Source of the DNA: Spirochaetia bacterium
Lineage (GTDB): Bacteria; Spirochaetota; Spirochaetia; SZUA-6; Bin103
NCBI GenBank assembly: GCA_965208575.1
Contig: CBDBOV010000006.1
Coordinates: 96,001-160,000, forward strand
DNA: 64,000 nt
Direction: 5' to 3'
Shown piece after piece: positions 37,791 to 48,007 of the stretch (position 1 is the stretch's first letter; every line of letters begins with the position of its first letter). The notes under the pieces are model-generated. The model worked only from the letters and a program-made list of their open reading frames with translations. It searched no databases and was not told the origin of the DNA. The position numbers were made by a program, and so were the translations under genes.

Positions 37791-39971
37791 CTACAACACA
37801 GCCTCGGAATCTACCCAGCGTCCCTTACTCGAACACGTAGCGCATCGCGGACCTCCTGGTGCAGTGCCGAACTGAGGAGCCTCACGCATCAAGCCGGAGT
37901 CCAGAACCCCATGGCCGAATTGCCGGGTCACTTCCTCTTTCGCTTGAAAGTGTCGGTACCTGCCGAGTCTGTGGCGCTCCTCCCTGTACCGCGCATGCGC
38001 CACCTCGGGCCAGCGTGCCGCATTCACGGCCAAGGCCCTCGTCAGCAACGCCAAGTCTCTACGGGACAGCTCCTGGCCTTCGTACGGGCCGTCCTCTCCC
38101 GTCAACTCAGCCGCCGCACTCAAGACCGAGCGAGTGGTCAACGCAGCAGCGCAACTCGTTCCGCGTGCGCGTTCGCAAGCACCCAATCCGCCACTCGCCG
38201 CCGCCACGAAGACCCCCGACCGCCTCGACTCTCTTATAACCCGCAATCGCAAGTTGTCACCCGCTGCAACCGCTCGCACGTCATGCCGGCCTCCGCTTGC
38301 CAGCAAGTCCGGCTTGATCGCCCCGAACGGGCCCGGTCCGTGTGCCGTCGAGATCGCTGGGCACGCTTCGTCCTCGTCCTGAATCACCACCTCACCTGCA
38401 CCAGGTGCCCAGCCCGGTGGTGCCAGATCTACCGACGCCGCGCCAACCGTCAAGGCGTTCAGCGCCTCAGACGGAGCCAGAAGAGTACGTTGGTGGCGAC
38501 TATCCTTCTGCGCCAACGCGACAAGCTTCTTGCGCTCCTCCAGCGTCGCATCTTCGAAGGCGATCGACGTGATGCCGGGTAGGTCCAGGTCCTGGAGCAC
38601 ATTTCCCGATGACACAACGAACAACACCCCCTCGGAGCTCGCCCACCAGTCCAGCAAACGCGCCAATGAACTGATGCGGCCGGCAAAATGCGAGCGTTTG
38701 AGACCCACTGACAGGTTGACCACGAATGCGTATGGCGCCAGCGGTTCCCGCCCGGCAAACGCGCGGCTGAGCGCAACATGCACAACATCGACAAACAGTC
38801 GGTCTTCGGGTGAAGCTGCATCGCCTTCCGCATCCACCAAGATCGGGATGCACAAAAGCCGGCTGGCCGGTACAGGAACGCCGTCCGCCACCAGATCCCC
38901 TCTCAGGATCAAGGACGCCATCGAGGTCGCGTGCCGCCGCTGTGCAACCACCGAACGGGCTACGAGATCATGAACGTCCTCGATTATCACCCCGCCATCG
39001 AGACTCCGATGCCCCGCAACGGGCGTCCCGTCGAGAAGAACCGCCCGCATGGGAGCCTCCGCATCGAACGCGGCTGGCCGATCAACACCCGGCGAGTCGA
39101 GAGGATCCGACTGATTTGGTTGCGACTGTGCGACGACCTGCGGCAGCACAAACTGGAGTCCGTCCAGTGTCGCCAGCCCTCCCGGAGCGGACGGACTCGC
39201 CATCATCTCACGGACAGCGTCGGCACTCAGCGCCGCCAACAACGCTTCGTAGATAAAGCCCTCTTCCTCGATCGAACTCCGGCTGACCACCCGTCCGCCG
39301 AGGGTCGCCACTCGCCGTTCCGTTTCCCGTCGCCACCGATCCCGACGCTCTCGGCTCCGTGTCGGCCAGACCTCCAACTCCAGCCGGATCTCCGCAGCGT
39401 CGTCACCCGCAAGACGTGCCGCCAATTCCTCTCTGGCCTCGACTGAGAACCGATCCTCCGGACCCCAAGCCCGCAAGTCGTTCAGCATGTCGAACAACTG
39501 GCGCCAAGGTGCATGTCCTTCCTCGGGCTGCTCGCCCCGTCGATAGGCTCGCCAGAGCCGACGCATCCGTTCGAACGACGCGACCGTCGGCATGGTCGCA
39601 TACAGTGTCGGCGACACCATGTCGCGGTGTTCCGCGATCAACTCCTCGTCAAGTGGGTAGTCGTCGTCGAGATCAAGCTCTGCCAGCACCTCCAATCCCA
39701 CAAGCCGGGCGGCACGGACGAAGTTGGAGATCGGGACCGCCGTGACGAAGACCAAAGCACGTTCGGGCGCGATCCCGCCCGGATCCCGTCGCAGCACGAC
39801 ATCCGGATCCTCCCCGGCAAGCGCCGCCTCCAGGCGGTCGAATTGCTCGCCCAATCGGCGCCCCTGCACCGCAGCTCCCGGCGAACGTGGCCTCGGACGC
39901 CGGTCCTGCTGCCCAGCCGTGCGCCGAGAAACTCGCCCGTCAGCCAGACGCAGAATCGGACGGTCGGTCAT
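37791..39971 (-). CDS. S8 subtilisin-like peptidase, IetS-type (C-terminus probably truncated)
   Basis: LLDG, RHATSMAS, SSGN, IKPDL, GTSCAAA; overlaps AAA gene. Confidence 0.85.
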   Translation of the reverse strand: MTDRPILRLADGRVSRRTAGQQDRRPRPRSPGAAVQGRRLGEQFDRLEAALAGEDPDVVLRRDPGGIAPERALVFVTAVPISNFVRAARLVGLEVLAELDLDDDYPLDEELIAEHRDMVSPTLYATMPTVASFERMRRLWRAYRRGEQPEEGHAPWRQLFDMLNDLRAWGPEDRFSVEAREELAARLAGDDAAEIRLELEVWPTRSRERRDRWRRETERRVATLGGRVVSRSSIEEEGFIYEALLAALSADAVREMMASPSAPGGLATLDGLQFVLPQVVAQSQPNQSDPLDSPGVDRPAAFDAEAPMRAVLLDGTPVAGHRSLDGGVIIEDVHDLVARSVVAQRRHATSMASLILRGDLVADGVPVPASRLLCIPILVDAEGDAASPEDRLFVDVVHVALSRAFAGREPLAPYAFVVNLSVGLKRSHFAGRISSLARLLDWWASSEGVLFVVSSGNVLQDLDLPGITSIAFEDATLEERKKLVALAQKDSRHQRTLLAPSEALNALTVGAASVDLAPPGWAPGAGEVVIQDEDEACPAISTAHGPGPFGAIKPDLLASGGRHDVRAVAAGDNLRLRVIRESRRSGVFVAAASGGLGACERARGTSCAAALTTRSVLSAAAELTGEDGPYEGQELSRRDLALLTRALAVNAARWPEVAHARYREERHRLGRYRHFQAKEEVTRQFGHGVLDSGLMREAPQFGTAPGGPRCATCSSKGRWVDSEAVL

Positions 39972-40953
39972 CGTTGCTATATCTCCCGTGTTGCACAACC
40001 CAAGCGTTTACCCGTTCCGTCACCAGAGTACGAAGGGTGATTCGGCCCTGCTCCAGCGCAATATGGCGGTGGACATCGAGAAAGAAATCATCGGCTTCCG
40101 AAAAGCTCCGCGGCGAAACCGCCGCGCGTAACCGTTTCGCGGTGTAGCCCGTTTTGTCTGGAAGCTCCTTCAGCTTCTGCGCGAAGAACTCCGTCATCCT
40201 GTCGTCGCTTGGTCGATTGAGATTCAAGCGCATCTCAAACCGCCGCCAAGTTGCACGATCAAGTAGCTCCGGATGGTTGGTTGCGCCGACCAGTACGCAA
40301 TACGACGGAAGGTCGTCGAACTGCAGGAGCAGCGTGGTCACCACTCGTTTGATTTCGCCCGTTTCGTGCAGGTCGCCTCGTTCCTTGCCGATCGCATCGA
40401 ACTCGTCGAAAAACAGAACGCAAGGCTCCGTGCGCACGAAATCGAACAGTCGGCGTAAGCGCTGGGCCGTTTCTCCCAGATAGCTCGTAACCACTGCGTC
40501 GTAGCGCACAACGAACAGCGGCAACGCCAGCTCATACGCGAGGCACTCTGCAAGTGATGTCTTCCCGTTCCCCGGCGGACCCACCAGCAGCAGTCGGTGG
40601 CGTGGTTCCATACCGTGCGCTCGCAGCACATCCGCTCGATGCTGTTCCGTGATAAGTTCCAGACACGCGTCGCGGGTACTCCGGTCCAGGAACAGCTCCG
40701 CCAAGGGCCGATGCGGTTCCCGCCTTTGGATCCCGCCCGAGCCGTCGCGCAGGCGTACGCCGCCACGGCGGGGCTGTCCTGCCATCCGGGACCGATCCGC
40801 GCTGGTGAGAGCCCTAGCGATTCGGTCAGCGACGCCCGAGTGCTTCTTGGCGCGTTCATCTGCCGCAATCGCCTCGGCGGTCTCGCGCACGGACGCCTGG
40901 TCACCAGTGACCCCAGCCCTCACCAATTCAACGATCAGATCGCTGCGCGCCAT
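39940..40953 (-). CDS. AAA+ ATPase, IetA-type
   Basis: GPPGNGKT, FFDEFDAIGKERGD...GEIKRVV, ATNHPELLD. Confidence 0.9.
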   Translation of the reverse strand: MARSDLIVELVRAGVTGDQASVRETAEAIAADERAKKHSGVADRIARALTSADRSRMAGQPRRGGVRLRDGSGGIQRREPHRPLAELFLDRSTRDACLELITEQHRADVLRAHGMEPRHRLLLVGPPGNGKTSLAECLAYELALPLFVVRYDAVVTSYLGETAQRLRRLFDFVRTEPCVLFFDEFDAIGKERGDLHETGEIKRVVTTLLLQFDDLPSYCVLVGATNHPELLDRATWRRFEMRLNLNRPSDDRMTEFFAQKLKELPDKTGYTAKRLRAAVSPRSFSEADDFFLDVHRHIALEQGRITLRTLVTERVNAWVVQHGRYSNDDRPSDSASG

Positions 40954-41243
40954 GTTTGACCTGCCTCACCCGCACTCACAACTCTACCACCCCACCAAGC
41001 AGGCGGCAACCGATACGTCGAATACTCGCCCGATTTCAGGCATTGTGCAACCGTATTCTCGAATTCTCTACGCAACTACCGCTCGGAGGTGACCAACAGG
41101 ATCACCAGCGGATAGCTAGCGAAGGTACCACGTAGCGGCTCCCGCCCCCTAGCGGCGGCGGGGCTGCGCGCGGGACGCTGCTGGTAGGCGGCGCGAACGG
41201 GTCGACGCTGGCGGCGAAGAGCGACGCTATCACGGTGAGGGTG

Positions 41244-41896
41244 GGCGAAATCCGCCAGATCGTCTCGGTGGCCGACGCCGCGGCGGTCGCCTACCCGCAC
41301 GCCGACCTGTCGCAGGCCAAGCACTACTTCAACCACCTGCTGTTCAACCCCGACGGTTCGCGCTTCATCTTCCTGCACCGCTGGCGCACGCCCGGCGTGC
41401 CGGGCATGCGCACGCGCATGTTCACGGCCAACGCCGACGGCTCCGATCTGCACGTGGTGGACGACTACGGCGGCATGTCGCACTTCATCTGGCGCGACCC
41501 CGAGACCATCCTGGCGTGGTCGTGGCAGCCCTCCCACGAGGGCGCGTTCTACGTGTACCGCGACCGCACCGACCGGGTGGAGGTGATCGGCACGCACGCC
41601 ATGACCCTGAACGGCCACTGCACCTACCTGAGCGACCCGGACTGGATTCTCAACGACACCTACCCGCGCGAAGGGACGCGCACCCAGGAGCTGTACCTGT
41701 ACCACGTGCCCACCGGCACCCGCGTCGAGCTCGGCGGCTTCCACGCCCCGGAGGCGTACCGGCACGAGTCGCGCTGCGACCTGCACCCGCGCTCCGACCC
41801 GAGCGGCCGCCTGGTCACACCATCGACTCCGCCCACGCCGGCGGCCGCCAGCTCTACCTGCTCGACATCGCCGCCGCACTCGACTCGATCCGGTAA
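41244..41896 (+). pseudogene. Duplicate of the 3' ~630 bp of the Ogl-like gene (36971-37599), 2-nt insertion, different terminus
   Basis: Near-identical core, diverged first ~45 nt, GTCACACCATC vs GTCACCATC, ends IAAALDSIR*. Confidence 0.92.
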
Positions 41897-41919
41897 CCGC
41901 ACGGCTCCCCGCGCCTCCC

Positions 41920-42115
41920 CGCGCATCATCATCTCCACCGGGCTGTACGAGAACGTGGTCAAGATCGACGACCACACCGTGCGCATCGAATACAGCAAGC
42001 CGTCCGACAACCTGTTCTGGGTGCACTTCGGCAAGGCGGTACCCGCTCACCAGAAGAAGTACTCCAGCCAGTTCCACCCCGAGTTCCGGGACAAGGACGA
42101 GCTGGAAGCACTGGT
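41920..42115 (+). pseudogene. Diverged internal fragment of the SBP gene (50211-50406)
   Basis: RIIISTGLYENVVKIDDHTVRIEYSKPSDNLFWVHFGKAVPAHQKKY...DELEALV. Confidence 0.92.
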
Positions 42116-42244
42116 AACCTGCTCACCTTTGCAAGCATCCGGAGGGGCTTTTCTTTTCCCAGCTCCTACCGTGCCCAGATTCCCCGCTCAACCACCTCGC
42201 AATCCGTGCCCGTGCTCAGGCGCGTCCATAGCAAGCTCGCCTAG

Positions 42245-44318
42245 CCTGACCTTCCTACTTATCCCGTTGATTTGACCGCGGGATTCTCTGGTTCATCCAG
42301 ATAAGTTGTTACCATGAAACAAGATAGGTTCACGGAAGTGGACTCTCCTCTTGAGAGGATCAGTGTATACACTGAATATATCGAGCGCCGTGCCGGACAG
42401 CTTCCTCAATACTACTCGAAGTATCCCCTCTTCGATCCTTCCGACCCACTCACGCCGGTTCTCCTTGACTGTCTCCGTACTAAGTGTATACACTGATTGC
42501 AGTGGCCACCCTCCAGAAAAAGGTCTCCCGCGGGCACACCTACTGGCAGATCGTCGAGTCCAGACGCGTCAACGGCAAACCACGTCCCATCGTCCTCGAA
42601 CATCTCGGCAGCGCAGAGAAGTTGCTCCAGCGCCTCCGTGAGGCTCCCACCCGACCGGCAAAGGCGAAGGTCATTCAGTTCGGTGCGTTGGCCGCGCTCT
42701 GGCAGATCGCCCAAGAGTTGGATGTGGTGGGCCTTATCGATACCCAGGTCCCCAAGCGAGACCAAGGACTGTCCTGCGGACAGTATCTGCTGGTGGCGGC
42801 GCTGAACCGTTGTGTGGCCGCCTCCAGCAAGGCTTCTCTGTACCAGTGGTATCGACGCACGGTGTTGAATCGGCTGCTCCCCGCTGCACAGCGCTCGCTC
42901 GCCAGTCAGCGATTCTGGGATCACATGAACATGCTCGACAGCGCTGCCATCGGCGCGATTGAGCAACAACTGGCGCAGCGGGTGATCGACCACTACCGGA
43001 TCGATCTGCGACCGCTCATCTTCGATGCGACCAACTTCGATACGTTCATCGACAGTCGCACCGTCAGTGCACTGGCACAACGTGGCCACGCGAAAAGCAA
43101 ACGCGCCGATCTGCGGATCCTGGGCTTGGCACTCCTGGTAAGCTGCGACTACCACATTCCGCTGCTCTCACACCCGTATCCGGGAAATCAGAATGACGCC
43201 GCGATGTTCTCGAGCTTGATCGAGACGCTGATCAGCCGCTGCAAGCAGTTGGCCCAGGACTGCGAAGATGTCACGCTGGTGTTCGATGGCGGCAACACCT
43301 CGAGAGCGAATATCGAGGCGCTGCAAGCCGGCCCATACCATTTCGTCACCTCCTTGACCGTGACTCAGCACGAGGATCTGCTGGCGGTTCCCGCCGGCAG
43401 GTTTCACTCCTTCACTGACCCACGGCTGGCCGGGGTGACCGCTTACCGCAGCGACAAGGTGATCTGGGGTGAGCGCCGCACCGTGGTGGTCACCAACAGT
43501 CGCCGGTTGCTGGACGGGCAGCTGGCTGGGATCAACCACGCGTTGCGCAAGAAGCGCGCTGCGTTGCGCGCCTTGCGCAGCAAGCTGGCGCGCAGCCAGC
43601 TACCGGGAGCAAAGGGCAAAGGCTACAGCAGAGCATCCTTGCAGAAGCATTTCGACACGATCACCTCGGGTCAGTACGTAAAGCAGATTCTCAAGGTTCA
43701 GATCAGCGAATCCGACGGCGTGCTCAGTTTTCGATTTCGCACCGATTGGGCAGCGTACCAGCGCTTGCAACGCCGGCGCTTGGGCAAACGCATCCTGTGC
43801 ACCGACAACGAGTCGTGGAGCGACCAGGAGATCATCTTGGCCAGCCGCGCTCAACATCACGTGGAGCGGGCGTTCAAGCAGATGAAGAATCCCCACTGGG
43901 TGAGCTTCTCGCCGACCTTCCACTGGACCGATCAGAAGCTGCGCGTACACGTGTTCTATTGTGTGTTGGCACTGCTGCTGAGTTCGCTGCTGCAACGCAA
44001 GGCGGCCGACGGCGGACAACTCCTTACCATCGAGCAACTACTGACGGAACTCAGCGGCGTGACCGAAGTGGTCAACCTCTACGCCGCGCCTGAGCCGGCC
44101 ACCAGAGGGCGCTACCGGGCTCAATACGTGCTCTCTGAACGGTCGTCCCTGCAAGACAAACTGTGCCGCCTACTTGACGTATACCGACACGCCCATCCCT
44201 GACAGCACCACGGTCAGTGTATACAAGCCCCGTCCGACAGGATAGCGAGTAACTTGCTATCCTAAAATGACTTATCCACTCAAACTACCAGCCACCCGAA
44301 ATAACTAGGAAACTCACG
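42245..44318 (+). mobile_element. IS1634-family element A, copy 3 (2074 bp)
   Basis: CTAG at 42241-42244 and 44319-44322; reverse complement of copy 1. Confidence 0.93.
42502..44202 (+). CDS. IS1634-family DDE transposase
   Basis: Translation identical to copy 1. Confidence 0.9.
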   Translation: MATLQKKVSRGHTYWQIVESRRVNGKPRPIVLEHLGSAEKLLQRLREAPTRPAKAKVIQFGALAALWQIAQELDVVGLIDTQVPKRDQGLSCGQYLLVAALNRCVAASSKASLYQWYRRTVLNRLLPAAQRSLASQRFWDHMNMLDSAAIGAIEQQLAQRVIDHYRIDLRPLIFDATNFDTFIDSRTVSALAQRGHAKSKRADLRILGLALLVSCDYHIPLLSHPYPGNQNDAAMFSSLIETLISRCKQLAQDCEDVTLVFDGGNTSRANIEALQAGPYHFVTSLTVTQHEDLLAVPAGRFHSFTDPRLAGVTAYRSDKVIWGERRTVVVTNSRRLLDGQLAGINHALRKKRAALRALRSKLARSQLPGAKGKGYSRASLQKHFDTITSGQYVKQILKVQISESDGVLSFRFRTDWAAYQRLQRRRLGKRILCTDNESWSDQEIILASRAQHHVERAFKQMKNPHWVSFSPTFHWTDQKLRVHVFYCVLALLLSSLLQRKAADGGQLLTIEQLLTELSGVTEVVNLYAAPEPATRGRYRAQYVLSERSSLQDKLCRLLDVYRHAHP

Positions 44319-44970
44319 CTAGCCTGGAATTCGACGGATCGATGATGACGCGCCATGATGACAGTCAGCGCAGTGGCCGGTTGGCGGCGACGTTCGGTGA
44401 CCGCCGAGTCGTTGACAGGCGCGCCGCGCCTATGCTAGCGTGCCCCGGCTGGTATCGAGGAATGACGATGAAGCGTCACAACCACCGCCAGTGCAGTAGC
44501 CGGTTCGCGCCACCGGTGCATCATACCCCCCCCAACTCGTGTCGAACCAAGAAACAACTAACCGCTCCGGCTGATCGCCCCGGACGTGCCCCCGCGCACG
44601 CCGTCGCCTTCACCGCCGCCGTAGCTATCGGTGGCGCCGGCTCGGTCCATCGCCGAACCGGCATGCAGGCCGCCGACGCCCTTCCCGGCGACTCAGGCCG
44701 TCCCGGATCCCCGCCGACGACACCCGCAGTGTTGCCGGCCATTCAGACTGGCTGCTGCTCAGACCACCAGCACGCGTGGCGTGGTAACGCAGATCCCGAC
44801 GTAGACAGAGAGAAAATGGAGGCTCGAATGATACTCAAAGAACCGCACGCGCGCGCGGCGTGAGCCGGGGTGCACCCGGATGAGTCACACGCTGCGCGTT
44901 TTTTGGTGACTTGACTCAGTCTGGTCGCCCGCGTTGCGGGCGCGAAAAGAGATCGACACAGGAGTTATGT

Positions 44971-46788
44971 ATGCAGATTGTACAATTCACAAGGACCTTC
45001 GCGGTTGCGTTGGTCCTCGTAATGAGCGCGACCGGCCTCTGGGCCGCCGGCGCAGATGAAGAGGGGGCGGCAGCGGCCGCCGACAAGAAGTATGTGACCG
45101 ACCCCACCACCGGTAAGGAGGTGCCCGCGCCAGAGTATGGCGGGACATTCACCTGGGTCAGCCGATACCAAACAGGTCAAAACACTGACAGTTATCCCAC
45201 ACCCACCGGCGGCCTAGCTGCGGTGGGTGGTGTCGTCGAGAGGCTATCCATCGCGGACTGGGGAATAGATAGGGACGTACATCACCACATTAGTCTGGCT
45301 GTACCTCTCTGGGTCATGAAAGGGCAGCTGGCGGAAAGCTGGGAGACGCCCGACGACACAACGATAATCTTCTACATCCGCAAGGGCGTTCACTGGCACG
45401 ATACGGAGCCGATGAACGGTCGGGAGCTAACTGCCAAGGATGTGGAATACAACTGGCACCGCTATTTTGGTCTGGGCAAGTGGAGTGAATTTGGACCTGT
45501 CCAAAAATATGAGAGCCTGCCAATTGAATCGGTAACGGCTACCGACGATTGGACGGTTGTTTTTGAGCTGACGAAGCCATACCTCGGGGTGCTGTCGGTT
45601 ATCTTCAACAACTATGATCCTTATATATATCCCCCCGAGATAATCGAGGAACACGGGGACGCTAACGATTGGAGGAACGTGATCGGCACCGGTCCCTATA
45701 TGATCACTGATGTTGTCGAGGCGACCTCTGTCAGCTGGACCAAGAATCCTGACTACTGGGGCTATGACGAGAAGTTCCCGGAGAACCGCTTGCCTTATTT
45801 TGACGAGATCAGGCTCCTGATGATGGAAGATGAAGCAACACGTATTTCGGCAATGCGCACGGGTAAGATTGATTACATGGGTTTCAGTGGCGGCTCTGAA
45901 ATAAGACCCGACCAAGTAGATGGCCTCCAGAAGACCAACCCCGAACTCAAGTTTCACCCGTACCAATTTCGGTCGGACTGGACATCTTTTGCCATGAACG
46001 TACGTCAGCCGCCCTTTGACGACATCAGGGTGCGCAAGGCAATGCAGATGGCACAGGACCTCGAGACAGTCAACAATGCCTACTACAAGGGTCGGGCCAA
46101 GTGGATACCTCAGGGGGTGATAGGTGACGGCGCTGTGGATCATTTCGTGCCATTTGATGAGTGGCCCGAAGAGGTCAAGAGCGGCTATAGGTATGACCCG
46201 GAAGGGGCCGAGAAGCTGCTTGATGAGGCTGGCTACGCGCGCGGTGCGGATGGCATTAGATTCAAGACCACCCAGACGCAGTTTGGGGCGGCGTTAGGGG
46301 ACACAAGCCTTTCAGAAATAGCTGCCGACTACTGGGCTGCTATTGGCGTTGATGTAGAGGTAACAATAGCCCCCGACACCTCTGCTCATTGGCAAGCTAT
46401 GACACGTGACCATAGCTACGAAGGTATGTCATCGGCGATGTTGGGGTTCGATCATGGAGACCCCATGTGGATGATGCGCGCTTTTGGTCACTCGGAAGGA
46501 ACGATTAACATACCGGGAGTACAGGACGCGCATCTTGACAGCTTGATTGAAGCCGCCGCAGCCGCTACCACCTTGGAGGAGCAGCAGAGGCAACTGAAAG
46601 AGGCGGATGCGTACACTATTAAGAACCATTACTACGTATGGTACTTCAAAGTCCCAATGTTTAACGTGAACCAGCCGTGGCTCGTAGGTTACAATGGTGA
46701 ATTCCAGCTGGGTTGGGGGCAGCGTTATGGTCAGTTATGGGCCCGCGTATGGATTGATTCCGAGATGAAGGAAGCAATGGGTTATTAA
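44971..46788 (+). CDS. Peptide/nickel ABC substrate-binding protein, family 5 (lower GC)
   Basis: RBS AGGAG; LAESWE, IGTGPY, PFDDIRVRKAMQMA. Confidence 0.92.
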   Translation: MQIVQFTRTFAVALVLVMSATGLWAAGADEEGAAAAADKKYVTDPTTGKEVPAPEYGGTFTWVSRYQTGQNTDSYPTPTGGLAAVGGVVERLSIADWGIDRDVHHHISLAVPLWVMKGQLAESWETPDDTTIIFYIRKGVHWHDTEPMNGRELTAKDVEYNWHRYFGLGKWSEFGPVQKYESLPIESVTATDDWTVVFELTKPYLGVLSVIFNNYDPYIYPPEIIEEHGDANDWRNVIGTGPYMITDVVEATSVSWTKNPDYWGYDEKFPENRLPYFDEIRLLMMEDEATRISAMRTGKIDYMGFSGGSEIRPDQVDGLQKTNPELKFHPYQFRSDWTSFAMNVRQPPFDDIRVRKAMQMAQDLETVNNAYYKGRAKWIPQGVIGDGAVDHFVPFDEWPEEVKSGYRYDPEGAEKLLDEAGYARGADGIRFKTTQTQFGAALGDTSLSEIAADYWAAIGVDVEVTIAPDTSAHWQAMTRDHSYEGMSSAMLGFDHGDPMWMMRAFGHSEGTINIPGVQDAHLDSLIEAAAAATTLEEQQRQLKEADAYTIKNHYYVWYFKVPMFNVNQPWLVGYNGEFQLGWGQRYGQLWARVWIDSEMKEAMGY

Positions 46789-46809
46789 GTGGCTTAGCTC
46801 AGGGAAAAG

Positions 46810-46841
46810 GGGAGCTGGGAAGCGTAGGCTTCCCAGCTCCC
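46810..46841. terminator. 14-bp perfect hairpin after SBP (terminator or mRNA stabiliser)
   Basis: GGGAGCTGGGAAGC-GTAG-GCTTCCCAGCTCCC; no U-tract on + strand. Confidence 0.65.
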
Positions 46842-46901
46842 GATACTCCTCAAATAATGAGAGGGGCGCTTTGTCCAGAAACGCAACCATTTGAAATTAC
46901 T

Positions 46902-46927
46902 CTGGATTCCCGCCTTCGCGGGAATGA
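46902..46927. repeat. REP/dRS3-like palindrome ATTCCC-N8-GGGAAT
   Basis: CTGGATTCCCGCCTTCGCGGGAATGA. Confidence 0.65.
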
Positions 46928-46960
46928 TGGGGGGCTCGCAATGACAAGGAGTAGTGTGAC

Positions 46961-47989
46961 ATGAGAGCCTATCTCATCAGGCGGTTATTGCTCATAATCC
47001 CCACCTTGTTTATATTGAGCATCCTGGTCTTTCTCTCGGTCCGCTTCATCCCGGGCGATGTAATAGACGCAATGGCGGCTCGGATGGATTTTGGATACGA
47101 TATTGACCGTGAAGCTCTTGAGCATATACTGGGATTAGACGTGCCTATTCATGTGCAGTATGGACGCTGGATAGGAGTGTTGCCGACCCCTGACTGGTTT
47201 ACCGGTGAGTCCCACTTCAAAGGTCTCCTTCAGGGCACCTTAGGAGAATCACTGTTTGAGCGTGGCGAATACTTCATAACCTCGCCGGCTTCAGCTCTTT
47301 CGATAGAGGAGAGGATATTACGTAAACTCCCGGTAACCATTCAGCTTGGCGTCATGGCAATCGTAATCGGGCTAGTGATAGCCCTGCCAGTCGGCATCTA
47401 CTCGGCGATTCGCCAGGATACCGCCGCCGACTACATGGGGCGCACCATCGGTATCATCGGCATGGCAGCGCCCAACTTCTGGCTGGCACTTATGGTCATG
47501 ATATACCCGGCAATCTGGTGGAACTGGTCGCCACCGATGACGTGGATTCCTTTCGTGGAAGACCCGCTGGGGAATCTCGGGGTGCTCATCATTCCCAGCC
47601 TAATTCTGGGGACCGGCATGGCTGCCGGCACAATGCGGTTGACGCGCACCATGATGCTGGAGGTGCTCAGGCAGGACTATATCAGGACGGCCTGGTCCAA
47701 GGGTCTCAAGGAGCGGGTAGTCATTATCAGACATGCCATGAAGAATGCACTCATCCCGGTAGTTACCCTGGTAGGTGGGTCTTTGCCCCTGCTGGTAGGT
47801 GGCTCAGTTATCATAGAGAGCATATTCAACCTGCCGGGGTTAGGTCGTTTCTTTCTGGAGGCACTCCGTCTTAGAGACTACCCGGTGATTTCCGGAGCAA
47901 ACCTGTTTTTCGCCGGCATAACTATGTTGGCCATTCTACTTACCGACATGATTTATCCTTATTTAGACCCCAGGGTCCGCTACAGATAG
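46961..47989 (+). CDS. ABC permease (DppB-like)
   Basis: MRAYLIRR, DYIRTAWSKG, LDPRVRY. Confidence 0.93.
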   Translation: MRAYLIRRLLLIIPTLFILSILVFLSVRFIPGDVIDAMAARMDFGYDIDREALEHILGLDVPIHVQYGRWIGVLPTPDWFTGESHFKGLLQGTLGESLFERGEYFITSPASALSIEERILRKLPVTIQLGVMAIVIGLVIALPVGIYSAIRQDTAADYMGRTIGIIGMAAPNFWLALMVMIYPAIWWNWSPPMTWIPFVEDPLGNLGVLIIPSLILGTGMAAGTMRLTRTMMLEVLRQDYIRTAWSKGLKERVVIIRHAMKNALIPVVTLVGGSLPLLVGGSVIIESIFNLPGLGRFFLEALRLRDYPVISGANLFFAGITMLAILLTDMIYPYLDPRVRYR

Positions 47990-48007
47990 AGGGGGAAAAC
48001 CGGAAAC

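Noticed and set aside
18485-41243. Integron or site-specific integrative element explaining the cassettes
   Set aside because: No IntI, tyrosine or serine recombinase, attC-like site or tRNA target seen (one could lie outside the window)
44342-44960. 173-aa ORF or riboswitch upstream of the Dpp operon
   Set aside because: No protein motif or recognisable aptamer; only a possible promoter (TTGACA at 44412)
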